A DNA stretch of 64,000 nucleotides from Thermodesulfobacteriota bacterium (GTDB lineage Bacteria > Desulfobacterota > BSN033 > UBA1163), in contig JAOAHX010000013.1 of NCBI GenBank assembly GCA_026415035.1, positions 13,717 through 77,716 on the forward strand. The letters are read 5' to 3'. Numbering within the stretch: the stretch's first letter is position 1; the number at the start of each line of letters is the position of its first letter. The notes beneath the pieces were generated by a model. That model worked only from the letters and a program-made list of their open reading frames with translations. It did not search any database and was not told the DNA's origin. Shown here in pieces: positions 41,031-51,156 of this stretch. Both the position numbers and the translations under genes were made by a program.

Positions 41031-42194
41031 ATGAGCGACACACCCTCGGCGATCTTTTCTATCGTGAAGTCGAATTATGAGGATTACGGACGGAGAGCCA
41101 GAGAACTGAAAGAGGCCGGAAGGACGATCATCGGTTATATCTGCTCCTTCGTCCCCCTGGAGATTATCACCGCCTCCGGTGCCATCCCTTTTCGCGTCCG
41201 GGGAAACCCGCACGAGCCCATCACGAAAGGCGACACCCTCCTTGAGACGATCGTCTGCCCCTATTACCGGAGCTGTTTCGACCTCTCCGTGAAGGAGAAG
41301 TATTCTTTCCTCTCCGGCATGGTGATCCCACACGGGTGCGACAGCATGGTGAGGAGTTACAGCGTCTGGAGCTACAGTCTGCCCTATCCCTATTTCCACT
41401 TTGTCAATACCCCAACGGTCTGCGAGGAGTCTTCCTTCGAATTCTTCGAGGCCGAGCTCCTCACCTATAAAAGGAGCCTCGAACAGTTCCTGGGAAAGGA
41501 GATCACCCGGCAGGACCTCGAGCAGGCCATCCGGCTCCATAACGAGCTTCGCGACCGGGTGAGAGCCCTCTATGACCTGAGAAGATCGGACCCTCCCCTC
41601 CTGTCGGGGACCGAACTGACCATGACCCTCACGGTGGGATCGAGCCTTCCGGTCGAAGAAGCGACCCAACTCTTTGACCAGGTTCTGGCCGAGGCCAAGA
41701 CCAGGGGGAGATCCCCCTTAAAAAAGGGACCGAGAATTCTGGTCGACGGGGCGTGTCTGGACAACATCGAACTGATCAAGCTGGTGGAAGAGCTGGGGGG
41801 CAATGTCGTGGCCGACACGATCTGCAACGGGGCCAGGGACCAGCTTCCCAAGACCGATGTCGATCAGGAACCTCTCAAGGCGCTGGCCCGTCGCTATTTG
41901 GACAAGATCAACTGCCCCAAGACGTACCGGGCCAACAAGGCCGGGACTTTCGAAGGGGACATTGCGAATCGGTTCGGCGATATCGGCGCCTATGCAAAGG
42001 CCTTCGGTGTGCAGGGAGCGATCCTCTATGTCTATAAGTACTGCGACCCCTTCGGTTTCGAGGTTCCGGCCCGGAAGGCCTACTATCAATCGATCCAGGT
42101 CCCCCTTCTCCACCTCGAAGATATCTATTCCGCCGGGACCCTGGGACAATTGAAGACGAGGATTCAGGCCTTCTTGGAGATGATCGGGGGGTAG
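41031..42194 (+). CDS. 2-hydroxyacyl-CoA dehydratase / BzdN-like subunit
   Basis: GYICSFVPLEII, VCPYYRSCFD, HGCD, ICNG, KYCDP, QLKTRIQAFLEMI. Confidence 0.85.
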   Translation: MSDTPSAIFSIVKSNYEDYGRRARELKEAGRTIIGYICSFVPLEIITASGAIPFRVRGNPHEPITKGDTLLETIVCPYYRSCFDLSVKEKYSFLSGMVIPHGCDSMVRSYSVWSYSLPYPYFHFVNTPTVCEESSFEFFEAELLTYKRSLEQFLGKEITRQDLEQAIRLHNELRDRVRALYDLRRSDPPLLSGTELTMTLTVGSSLPVEEATQLFDQVLAEAKTRGRSPLKKGPRILVDGACLDNIELIKLVEELGGNVVADTICNGARDQLPKTDVDQEPLKALARRYLDKINCPKTYRANKAGTFEGDIANRFGDIGAYAKAFGVQGAILYVYKYCDPFGFEVPARKAYYQSIQVPLLHLEDIYSAGTLGQLKTRIQAFLEMIGG

Positions 42195-42247
42195 GGCGAT
42201 TTAAGAGGAAGCCCCCATCCGCAAGGGAAATAGAGGAGAGCGACGGA

Positions 42248-43651
42248 ATGGCTGAGGAGCAGAAAGAGACAAAACCGAAGAAGAGGATGACCGCGACCCG
42301 GGCGGCCGCCTCGGTCGGCGCCATGGTGAAAGAGTTCATCACGGGGGCGCTCCAGGCCCGGGCCGAAGGGAAGCAGAAGCTCGCCTATACCTTCATCGTC
42401 TGCCACCACGAGGAGATCTTCCGGGCCCTCGACGTGGTGCCGATCTGGACCGAAAACTTCGCGGGCATCTGCGGCGCCAAAAGGGATGCCGAACGGTTCC
42501 TCCAGCGGGCCGAATCGTTGGGTCTATCCCGATCCTTATGCACCTATGCCCTTTGCGGGATCGGTTTCGACCAGTGGAGGGAGGAGTTGGGTCAGATGCC
42601 TCCGGATGCCCCCTGGGGCGGAATGCCGAGGCCCGACTTCATGATCTCCAGCGGTCAGATCCTCTGCGATCCGCGCTCCAAATGGTACCAAGCCTCTCAG
42701 CAATTCATGCCCGATGTGCCCATCTACAACATCGATCTTCCCTACCCTCTCTTTCATCCCCATCGCGACCACCGGGAGGTCCTGGGGTATTACCATCGCT
42801 ACATCGTCCAACAGTTACGAGGCCTGGTGGCCTTCCTCGAGGAACAGACAAAGAAGAAGATGGATTATGACCGTCTGAGAGAGCTGGTGGACTTGAGCGA
42901 CCGCACCTGGGACCTGATCGAGGAGACCTACTCGCTCCGAAAGGCGGTCCCCTGTCCCATGGGAACGGGCGATGCGATGAACACGATGGTGCCCATCAAC
43001 TTCATGATGGCGACCCAGAGGGCCTACGACTTCTTCGTCGAACTGAAGAAGGAGTTAGAAGAGAAGATTGCCAAAGGAGAGGGCGAGGTTGAAAACGAGA
43101 AGTACCGGCTCATGTGGGGTGGGGGGTTGCCCGCCTGGTATGCCCTGAGCGACTTCAACTATTTCAACAGCAAAGGGGCCTCCTTTCCCGTGGAGACGAC
43201 CTACCGGATGGTGGCCCCTCTCAAGGAGATGGACCTGCCGGAGACGAAAGACCCGATCGAACACCTGGCCTGGCGATGGCTCGGATACTGGACGTTCTGG
43301 TACGATCGGGCCAGGAGGCGGCCGGGTTCGGAGCCGGACGTCGAACGGCTGATCCACCGGATCGAGGAGTACAAGATCGACGGGGTCGTCATGCACGAGG
43401 CCTTCTCTTGTCGGACCTGGCACGTGGGCCTCATCTGGCAGTTACACCAGTTGGCCAAAATTTACAAACCCATTCCGGTCTATGTGGTGGGTAAGGATGG
43501 ACAAAGAGAAAAAATCTACCGGGAGCTTCCCTCCCTGATCCTCGAAAGCGACATCATCGATATCACCTCCTATTCCGAGGTGGATACGAGACAGAAGATC
43601 GACGCCTTCATCGAAACCCTCGAGTCGATCCGCCTCAACAGAGCGGCCTGA
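42248..43651 (+). CDS. 2-hydroxyacyl-CoA dehydratase / BzdO-like subunit
   Basis: ENFAGIC, LCTY, CDPRSKWYQ, EYKIDGVV..FSCR, LESDI. Confidence 0.85.
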   Translation: MAEEQKETKPKKRMTATRAAASVGAMVKEFITGALQARAEGKQKLAYTFIVCHHEEIFRALDVVPIWTENFAGICGAKRDAERFLQRAESLGLSRSLCTYALCGIGFDQWREELGQMPPDAPWGGMPRPDFMISSGQILCDPRSKWYQASQQFMPDVPIYNIDLPYPLFHPHRDHREVLGYYHRYIVQQLRGLVAFLEEQTKKKMDYDRLRELVDLSDRTWDLIEETYSLRKAVPCPMGTGDAMNTMVPINFMMATQRAYDFFVELKKELEEKIAKGEGEVENEKYRLMWGGGLPAWYALSDFNYFNSKGASFPVETTYRMVAPLKEMDLPETKDPIEHLAWRWLGYWTFWYDRARRRPGSEPDVERLIHRIEEYKIDGVVMHEAFSCRTWHVGLIWQLHQLAKIYKPIPVYVVGKDGQREKIYRELPSLILESDIIDITSYSEVDTRQKIDAFIETLESIRLNRAA

Positions 43652-43670
43652 TCCTCTGCGAGCTTGACCC

Positions 43671-44513
43671 TTGACCTTCTACTTCGCGGGCATCGATATC
43701 GGTTCCACCATGACGAAGGCGGTGATCCTCGAAAAGGGGATCCTGGCCTCCGTCATCGGTCCCACAGGTCCGGAACAGCGCCGTCTGGCGCACCGGGTGA
43801 TGGAAGAGGCCTTGAAGCGGGCCTCCCTTCCCTTCTCCCGCCTCACCTTCATCGTTGCCACAGGTTACGGAAGGCTCAACGTCCCTTTTGCTGACAAGCA
43901 GTTCACCGAGATCACCTGCCACGCCAGGGGCATCGTCCATCTCCTTCCCCGGGCCCGGACGATCATCGATATCGGAGGCCAGGATGTGAAGGGGATCAAG
44001 GTCGATGCCACGGGAAAGGTCGTCGATTTCGTGATGAACGATAAGTGTGCGGCCGGAAGCGGCCGCTTTATCGAGGTGATCGCGGAGACGCTCGGCGTTC
44101 CGCTGGATCAGGTGGGCGAGCTCTCCCTTCAGAGCCAGAATCCGGCGACGATCAGCAACCTCTGCACCATCTATGCCCAGCAGGAGGTGGCCGCAAGCCT
44201 CGCTGAGGGAGTTCCCCTACCCGATCTGCTCGCCGGCGTCCACCTCTCCCTTGCCGACCGGATCGTCCGGATGGTGAAACGGCTGAAGGTGGAGGAGGCG
44301 GTCATCGTCACAGGGGGCGGTGCAAAAAACAGGGGGCTCCTCAAGGTCCTCTCGGAGCTGTTGGGCCAAAAGATCCTCGTCCCAGAAGAGCCCCTCCTCA
44401 CGGGTGCCCTCGGCGCCGCGCTCTTGGGAAGGGAGTTGGTGGATAAGGCCCTAAAAAACAAGACGCCCCTCGAAACCAAAGAGCGGGTCTTCAAAGAGGT
44501 CGAAATCCTTTGA
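43671..44513 (+). CDS. Acyl-CoA dehydratase activase (HgdC/BzdQ-like)
   Basis: GIDIGSTMTK, ATGYGR, EITCHARG, IDIGGQDVK, MNDKCAAGSG, LCTIYA; TTG start. Confidence 0.9.
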   Translation: MTFYFAGIDIGSTMTKAVILEKGILASVIGPTGPEQRRLAHRVMEEALKRASLPFSRLTFIVATGYGRLNVPFADKQFTEITCHARGIVHLLPRARTIIDIGGQDVKGIKVDATGKVVDFVMNDKCAAGSGRFIEVIAETLGVPLDQVGELSLQSQNPATISNLCTIYAQQEVAASLAEGVPLPDLLAGVHLSLADRIVRMVKRLKVEEAVIVTGGGAKNRGLLKVLSELLGQKILVPEEPLLTGALGAALLGRELVDKALKNKTPLETKERVFKEVEIL

Positions 44514-44574
44514 TCCGGGGTTGCATCGGAACGAAGGCCATGGCAAGAGAAGGAAGGATCTAAGGAGCCGCACC

Positions 44575-45036
44575 ATGGAGGAGAGGGGTTTCACCCTGAT
44601 CGAGATCATCATCCTCATCGTCATTCTGGGGATTCTAAGCGCCATTGTCATCCCGAGGTACCTCGACCTTTCGAGATCGTCCGAAAAGGCCGTGGCCGAG
44701 CAACTGGTCGGCTCCATGAGGTCGGCCCTGACCCTCTATTATTCGAACTGGGTGGCGAAACAGAAGGGAACGCTTAAGAACTTCAGAGATAACATCTCCA
44801 TCCCCAATTTTGTGAAGGTGGCGGGAGATGCGATGGGGCTCACGGGAAACGAGACCCTGGTCTTGGAGAGGCATATGACCTCCCGGTTCGTGAACGACCA
44901 GCCTTCCTCCATCAAAGACTATGCCCAGGACGGATCCGGGAGGCACCTTCGTTTCGTCTTTAAGAACGGGGCCATCCTGGATATCTATTACGATCGAGAG
45001 AAACCTGCCATCGATGCCGTTTTCACCGGATTCTAA
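44575..45036 (+). CDS. Type IV pilin/pseudopilin-like protein
   Basis: Class III signal peptide MEERG|FTLIEIIILIVILGILSAIVIP; TAAGGAG SD before ATG 44575. Confidence 0.85.
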   Translation: MEERGFTLIEIIILIVILGILSAIVIPRYLDLSRSSEKAVAEQLVGSMRSALTLYYSNWVAKQKGTLKNFRDNISIPNFVKVAGDAMGLTGNETLVLERHMTSRFVNDQPSSIKDYAQDGSGRHLRFVFKNGAILDIYYDREKPAIDAVFTGF

Positions 45037-46547
45037 TCGAACCGATAGAAACCGACGGGCGTGAAGATGAATTCCGTCACCCCGGAGTGGTAAAAGAACC
45101 GGTTGAGGAAATAGTACATCAGAAACTTATGGTTCTCATCGAGCTGGTCGATCCTCCCCCCTTCCGCATGGGCCAGGGCAGGGAAATAGGAGGGATCGAA
45201 GGCGATCGTCCCCTGGAACCGGTTCCGACCTAAATCGGCCTCCTTCAATTTGAGATCCACAATCTTCGGGACTTCAAGTCTCGTCTCTCTCCTCTGAAAT
45301 TCTAAGAAGGTGATCTCCGCAAGGATCCCGTAGGCCTCTCGAGGTTTCGGTCGGAGGACGGCGACCCGCCGGTTCCGGTAGGGATTCTCTCCGAGGCTAC
45401 GGTAGAGATCGAGAACCTGCTCCTTCTTCTCGAGGGTAAGCCTGTAGATCCTCAAAAAATCGGAATCGAATACGATCTGGCTCCCCCGGAGACGTTCGGG
45501 AACAGAGCGGTCTTTATAATGAAAGTAATGGATTGTCGTGCCCTCCTCAAGATCCATAAGGAAAGGCCGGAGATAAATGGCATGCCGGGTATAAACGATA
45601 TAGAAAAGAAAAAGGGTCAGGCCGAGGATGAGCACTCCCTTTGCCCGACTTCCGGCTGAGGATCCCTTCAGGGTGAGGAGATAGATAAAAAGGTAGAGGG
45701 CGAGGTGGACGGTGCCATGTTTTAACGTGTAGGTGGCAAGGCCGAGGGAGGGATCGATCAGGCCTTTCAAGGCGAAGATTCCAAGCCCCGCCCAGAAGAA
45801 GACCTTCCATCTCTTTTTCAGGAAGAGCCGGACCTCATCAGGCCCCTGGGCATGGAAGAGGATGAGGAGGGCGGCGATCGCCACGAGGAAATCGTAGGCC
45901 AAAGGCCCGCCGTCAGAGAGAGATTTGATGACGGAGTGAAAGGCGAGGGTGTTAAGAATCGCCATGCCTGTTCGATACTCCCTCTTCCAGCGAAGAACGA
46001 TTCCCGGTGCGAGATGAAAGCTGAGAAAGAGGGCCGAGAGGACGGAAGCGAGTGTCAGAAAGCCGTAGGCCTTCGGGACCGCCTGGACAAAGGCCCTTCC
46101 ATCATCCATGCCTCCGAAAGTCCCTTCCAAACCGAGGAGTTCTGCCGACCGGAAGAGGAAGACCTTTGAAGTATGGATATGGGGGAAGAAATTGACGGAG
46201 TTGTCGATCTCCCTGAAGTGGTAGTGATAAGCTCCCATGGGAAGGGAAAAGGTTTGGAGATAATGGAGATAGGAGCCGAGGGAGGCTGCCATGCCCACCC
46301 CCAAGGAGAACAGGAAGGCCTTTTTTGTCCAACCGGCCTCCTTGGGCACGCTCCCTCCCCTGATGCTACGGAAAAAGAGAAGGAGGAAAAGACCGGAGGC
46401 GTAGAGCAACAGGAAGTAGATCTTTCCTCCCGAAACCCCATGGACCAGCAGGCTCAACAGGAAATGGGAAAAGAAGCGGAAGGAGTAGTTCAACCGGTAG
46501 AGGAGAAACGTCGATAGGGTCAGGAAGGCGAAGAAGAGGTAGACCAT
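45033..46547 (-). CDS. Hypothetical multi-pass membrane protein with soluble C-terminal domain
   Basis: 504-aa ORF with many hydrophobic segments; family not recognised. Confidence 0.7.
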   Translation of the reverse strand: MVYLFFAFLTLSTFLLYRLNYSFRFFSHFLLSLLVHGVSGGKIYFLLLYASGLFLLLFFRSIRGGSVPKEAGWTKKAFLFSLGVGMAASLGSYLHYLQTFSLPMGAYHYHFREIDNSVNFFPHIHTSKVFLFRSAELLGLEGTFGGMDDGRAFVQAVPKAYGFLTLASVLSALFLSFHLAPGIVLRWKREYRTGMAILNTLAFHSVIKSLSDGGPLAYDFLVAIAALLILFHAQGPDEVRLFLKKRWKVFFWAGLGIFALKGLIDPSLGLATYTLKHGTVHLALYLFIYLLTLKGSSAGSRAKGVLILGLTLFLFYIVYTRHAIYLRPFLMDLEEGTTIHYFHYKDRSVPERLRGSQIVFDSDFLRIYRLTLEKKEQVLDLYRSLGENPYRNRRVAVLRPKPREAYGILAEITFLEFQRRETRLEVPKIVDLKLKEADLGRNRFQGTIAFDPSYFPALAHAEGGRIDQLDENHKFLMYYFLNRFFYHSGVTEFIFTPVGFYRFD

Positions 46548-46569
46548 CGATCCTGTGGAAAGAATGGGT

Positions 46570-47697
46570 TCAGTTCCTCCTTTTAAATTGGATGACGACG
46601 ATCTCCGGTTCCGAGTCGATCCGCAGGGGAGGCCCCCAGGTTCCTACCCCACTGGAGGTGTAGACGAGGAGATCGCCGTATCTCTTCAATCCGTAATCGT
46701 ATCCCTTGTAAATCCACGAGGTGAGGAACCGGAAGAGAAAAACCTGTCCCCTGTGGGTGTGGCCCGAAAGTTGAGCCGAAATCCCTTGCTCCCTTGCAAT
46801 CTCGAGATCGGAAGGGACATGTTTTAAGAGGAGGCTCGGTTTCTTAGGGTCGATTTCCATCTTGCGGAGCATCGCTTGAAACTGTTTTTGATTTCTCGAA
46901 TCCCGGTAGCCCACGCCAAGGATCTGAAGCCCATCGATCTCCATCTTCTCGTTGTCCAAGACCCGAATGCCAGCGCTTCGGACCGCCTCGAGAAAAGGGG
47001 TGCGGTCGCCAAACTCCTCGTGATTTCCCGTAATGAAATAGGTGCCTAAAGGGGGGCGAAGACGCAAAAACGGGGCCACCGTCTGGGAAAGGTCCATCGC
47101 CTTGGCGCCGTCGAAGAGATCCCCTCCGATGAAGACGATATCCGGGTTCGGGTGTCGAAGGATCTCGGTGAGCCGTTGGGCAAACCCGCGATGCCTTACA
47201 TGACCCAGATGGAGGTCGCTCACCCAGACGGCCTTTCGACCTTCCCAAACCGCGGGGAGATGTGGCAGCGGTAGGTCGATCGTTTGAATACGAATCACCG
47301 AAGCATTGATAAAGCCATAGAGGCCTCCTGCCAAGGCGATGCCGAAAAGAAGGGTTATCATGGCTTTCCGGTTTAAAGGAAAAGGGAAGAGCGGCTTCAG
47401 GCCGTGAAGGATCCATCCCAAAGCGGAGGCAAGGAAGAGGAGGTAGGAGAGGCCGAGCCAGGAGGCGGAGAGAATATAGAGCGCCCTGACCCAAAGGTTG
47501 GCAAAACGAGAGGACAGCAGAGACGAACCGATGAAGCTGATCGAAAGAAGGGCGAGGGAGACCCTCAGGGTCCAAAGTTTCACGGGATCGGCCACCCCAT
47601 AAAAGGAGACCAGGGTCCGGTAAAGCAACCCGTGACCCAAAAAAAGGATCGACTGAGCGATCCCGATCCAGAGGATAAGTCGCATAGGACCAGACAC
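46570..47697 (-). CDS. Membrane-anchored metallophosphoesterase (YkuE-like)
   Basis: SDLHLG, GGDLFD, TGNHEEF, SGHTHRGQ; N-terminal TM segments. Confidence 0.9.
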   Translation of the reverse strand: MSGPMRLILWIGIAQSILFLGHGLLYRTLVSFYGVADPVKLWTLRVSLALLSISFIGSSLLSSRFANLWVRALYILSASWLGLSYLLFLASALGWILHGLKPLFPFPLNRKAMITLLFGIALAGGLYGFINASVIRIQTIDLPLPHLPAVWEGRKAVWVSDLHLGHVRHRGFAQRLTEILRHPNPDIVFIGGDLFDGAKAMDLSQTVAPFLRLRPPLGTYFITGNHEEFGDRTPFLEAVRSAGIRVLDNEKMEIDGLQILGVGYRDSRNQKQFQAMLRKMEIDPKKPSLLLKHVPSDLEIAREQGISAQLSGHTHRGQVFLFRFLTSWIYKGYDYGLKRYGDLLVYTSSGVGTWGPPLRIDSEPEIVVIQFKRRN

Positions 47698-47869
47698 GGT
47701 CCCATTATAAGGGATTTCGGGGTCAAATCGCTACCGAAAGAGCGGGGATCATCCGTGGATGGGGATTTGAAGGGCCCGCCGAGAAATGATTTTTTGGCTT
47801 GACAGAAGGGCAGGTTTCAATCTATACGTAAATACGAATCCCGAATAGGAAGGAAAGGAACGAACGATC

Positions 47870-48370
47870 ATGGCGACATCGATCTTGGAAGGAAAGAGGA
47901 TTCTGGCGGTGGATGACGAACCGGATGTCCTGAACATCCTCGAAGAGGAGATCAAGGAGGCCGCTCCAAACTGTATCTACGAGAAGGCCACGACCTTTGA
48001 GGAGGCCTCGGAGAAGCTCCGATCCAACCCTTACGATCTCGTCATCCTCGATATCATGGGCGTCCGGGGCTTTGAGCTTCTGGAGCTGGCGGTGAACAAA
48101 AATCTACGGGTGGTGATGCTCACCGCCCATGCCCTCAGTCCAGAGGCCCTGAAACGGTCCTTCGAGATGAAAGCGCGCGCCTACCTTCCCAAAGAGCAAC
48201 TGGGGGAGGTGGTGCCGCTTCTCGAAGACGTCCTGAGGCTGGACTACCTCTCCGGGTGGAAGAAGGTGATGGAGAAGCTGAAATGGTTCTTCGACTCCAA
48301 ATTCGAATCGGATTGGGAAAAGAAGACCGGTTTGATATGGCAGGAATGGGGAAAGCCCGAACGGAGCTGA
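47870..48370 (+). CDS. Single-domain response regulator (receiver)
   Basis: AVDDE, LDIMG, MLTAHA, YLPKE. Confidence 0.9.
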   Translation: MATSILEGKRILAVDDEPDVLNILEEEIKEAAPNCIYEKATTFEEASEKLRSNPYDLVILDIMGVRGFELLELAVNKNLRVVMLTAHALSPEALKRSFEMKARAYLPKEQLGEVVPLLEDVLRLDYLSGWKKVMEKLKWFFDSKFESDWEKKTGLIWQEWGKPERS

Positions 48371-48405
48371 TGCCCTGATCTTCTTGAAGAAAGGAGGGCC
48401 CCGCA

Positions 48406-48915
48406 TTGAAGGAGTCTCTGTTAAACCACAAGCTCATCCTGGCCGTGGACGATGAACCCGATGTGCTGGCCGTCCTCGAAGAAGAGATCAAAGAAGCGGC
48501 CCCCCAGTGCCGGGTCGACAAGGCGACCACCTATGAGGAGGCCGTCGAACGAATGATGTCGCTCACCTACGACCTGGTGATCCTGGACATCATGGGGGTC
48601 CGGGGCTTCGACCTCCTCCAACTTGCCGTCAGTCGCCGCTTTCCGGTGGTCATGCTCACCGCTCATGCCCTCAATACGGAGGCCCTGAAGAAATCGATCG
48701 AGTTGGGCGCCCGGGCTTACCTTCCCAAGGAGAAGCTGGGCGAACTCGTCCCCTTTCTCGAGGATGTCTTGAAATATGAATACCTGCCGGGATGGGAGCG
48801 CCTCTTGGACAAATTGAGCGGATTCTTCACGGCCCGCTGGGGAGAACACTGGAAGAAGGTGGACGAGAAATTCTGGAAGGAGTTCGACGAAAAGATCGCC
48901 TTTATCAAAAAATAA
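48406..48915 (+). CDS. Single-domain response regulator, tandem paralog
   Basis: Same motifs and long identical stretches with the upstream gene; TTG start after AAGGAGG. Confidence 0.9.
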   Translation: MKESLLNHKLILAVDDEPDVLAVLEEEIKEAAPQCRVDKATTYEEAVERMMSLTYDLVILDIMGVRGFDLLQLAVSRRFPVVMLTAHALNTEALKKSIELGARAYLPKEKLGELVPFLEDVLKYEYLPGWERLLDKLSGFFTARWGEHWKKVDEKFWKEFDEKIAFIKK

Positions 48916-49085
48916 GCCCCTTCCTTCCGACCCCTTGAACCGAGCATCCTGAGGGACCTCTTCCTGGACGACCGTCGCTCTGAGAAAAACCTTGAACCTC
49001 CCCTCCTTGAGGATTGTTTTCAGAAGGGGCCTTGAGTTATAAGATAGGGAAAAAGGCCCATCAGGGCAGGCCATCCCCCGGTCCT

Positions 49086-49763
49086 ATGTTTGAGCGACTG
49101 AAGGAAGACCTCCGAACCATCAAAGAGCGAGATCCGGCGGCAAAAAATTATTTGGAGATTCTCATCTGCTATCCTGGCCTCCATGCCATCTGGCTTCATC
49201 GGATTGCCCATTTTTTCTACCGACGAGGGTGGTTCACCACGGCCAGGCTCATCTCTCATCTCAGCCGGGCGATCACGGGCATCGAGATCCATCCAGGGGC
49301 CAAGATCGGCAGGCGGCTTTTTATCGACCACGGCATGGGGGTGGTCATCGGCGAGACCGCCGAAATCGGGGATGACTGTTTGATTTACAAGGGCGTGGTC
49401 CTCGGGGGCACCACCCTCGAAAAGAAGAAGCGGCACCCCACCCTGGGCAACCGGGTGGTGGTGGGATCGAATGCCGTCGTCCTCGGCGCCATCACCGTGG
49501 GCGATGGGGCTCGCATTGGGTCGGGCTCCGTGGTGGTCAAACCTGTCCCTCCCGGGGCCACCGTGGTGGGCGTGCCCGGTCGCATCATCGAATCTCCGAC
49601 CCCGGAAAAAGTCGAGCTCGACTTCGAGCACGGAAACCTTCCCGACCCCCTTTCCGACATCATGAAGATGCTCCTACGGCTCCATCACAAACTGGAGGAA
49701 AGGGTGAAACGCCTGGAGCGCTTGGTGGACCTCCCCCATAAAACGCTCTCCCATGAGGATTGA
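49086..49763 (+). CDS. cysE: Serine O-acetyltransferase
   Basis: [42 protein letters not shown]. Confidence 0.95.
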   Translation: MFERLKEDLRTIKERDPAAKNYLEILICYPGLHAIWLHRIAHFFYRRGWFTTARLISHLSRAITGIEIHPGAKIGRRLFIDHGMGVVIGETAEIGDDCLIYKGVVLGGTTLEKKKRHPTLGNRVVVGSNAVVLGAITVGDGARIGSGSVVVKPVPPGATVVGVPGRIIESPTPEKVELDFEHGNLPDPLSDIMKMLLRLHHKLEERVKRLERLVDLPHKTLSHED

Positions 49764-49765
49764 CG

Positions 49766-50203
49766 ATGTCGAAATATCCCAAATTCTTGATCGAACATTT
49801 TCAAGATCCCAGGAACGTCGGCGAGATCCCCGATGCCGATGGCATCGGCACCGTCGGGAACGCCTCCTGTGGGGACATCATGCAGATGTTCATCAAAGTG
49901 AAAGACGAGAAGATTGCGGACGCAAAATTCAAGACCTTTGGCTGTGGCGCCGCCATCGCCACGAGTTCGATTCTCACCGACCGGATCAAAGGGGCCACGT
50001 TGGAGGAAGCCCTAAAGATCTCGGAACAGACGTCCAAGGAAATCCTGTCTCAGCTGCCGAAGGAGAAGACCCCCTGCTTCACCCTGGCCACGGATGCCCT
50101 CAAGCTGGCCATTGAAGAGTATCGGTGTAAACATCGCAGGGCCGATGGGAAACGAGGGTTTCAGCTCGGAGACTGGGAGGAGGAAGGGAAGGGAGATTCA
50201 TGA
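49766..50203 (+). CDS. Fe-S cluster scaffold IscU/NifU-N family
   Basis: HFQDPRNVG, GNASCGDIM, KTFGCGAAIATSS, KTPC. Confidence 0.9.
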   Translation: MSKYPKFLIEHFQDPRNVGEIPDADGIGTVGNASCGDIMQMFIKVKDEKIADAKFKTFGCGAAIATSSILTDRIKGATLEEALKISEQTSKEILSQLPKEKTPCFTLATDALKLAIEEYRCKHRRADGKRGFQLGDWEEEGKGDS

Positions 50204-51108
50204 CCCCGGAGGAAAAGGTCGTATTCTTAAAGGATCCGAATCGAGTCCTCGTTCAGCTCATCAAAAAATTCATCCACGAGAGTGAGCAGAACCGAAGAAG
50301 ACCTCTCGATTTCGGCCTCTATTGGGAAGAGCCCCAGGTCGGGTTCGCCTCCGGAACCGATCCCCTTTTCCACGAGTTGAAATCGATCGTCGGACCTTTT
50401 CACCTCACTCCGACCGAGGTCATCGCCACTGCCCTCGGGGAAAGAGGAGGGGCCCTCTCTCCGGCGGAGATCGATCCCATCAGCGTTATCTCATGGGTCT
50501 TGCCCGCTGCGGAGGATACGCGAAAGAGCAACCGGAGGGAAGATCGGTTTCCTTCAAAGCTTTGGGCCTACACAAGGCATTTCGGTGAGGCCTGTAACGA
50601 TGCACTCCGCCGTCATGTGGTCGCTTTTCTCGAAGATTTGGGTTTCGTCTCGGTCGCCCCTGTGTTGATGCCCGGGTTTCAGCTCCTCCACGATGCAAGG
50701 GTCGGATGGGCTTCGCCCTGGTCGGAGCGCCATGTCGCCTATATCTGCGGCCTCGGAACCTTCAGCCTCAACGACGGCTTCATCACTCCCCGAGGGATGG
50801 CGGTCCGGTTAGGGAGTGTCGTCACGCTTTTGAAGCTAACCCCGAGCGAGCGGCGATACCGCCATTACCGGGAAAACTGCCTCTTCTTCAGGAACGAAAA
50901 ATGCGGCAAATGCATCTCCCGATGCCCTGCCCAGGCCATTACCGAGGAAGGCCATGACAAGGAGAAATGCCACGCCTATCTCAATTCTCCCTCCCTAAAG
51001 GCGAGGCGTCTGGAATATGGGATAGAAAACGGTCCCTCCTCCTGTGGTCTCTGTCAAACCGGGGTCCCCTGTGAATTTCAGATCCCCAGGCCTGATCTCA
51101 TCGCCTGA
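50200..51108 (+). CDS. Epoxyqueuosine reductase (QueG)/reductive-dehalogenase-like 4Fe-4S protein
   Basis: WSERHVAYICGLGTF, RLGSVVT, CGKCISRCP, CGLCQTGVPC. Confidence 0.75.
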   Translation: MTPEEKVVFLKDPNRVLVQLIKKFIHESEQNRRRPLDFGLYWEEPQVGFASGTDPLFHELKSIVGPFHLTPTEVIATALGERGGALSPAEIDPISVISWVLPAAEDTRKSNRREDRFPSKLWAYTRHFGEACNDALRRHVVAFLEDLGFVSVAPVLMPGFQLLHDARVGWASPWSERHVAYICGLGTFSLNDGFITPRGMAVRLGSVVTLLKLTPSERRYRHYRENCLFFRNEKCGKCISRCPAQAITEEGHDKEKCHAYLNSPSLKARRLEYGIENGPSSCGLCQTGVPCEFQIPRPDLIA

Positions 51109-51156
51109 AACAGGCTCTCTCGGCTAGGATTTTTCAGACGAGAAGGGAAGCGTTTT

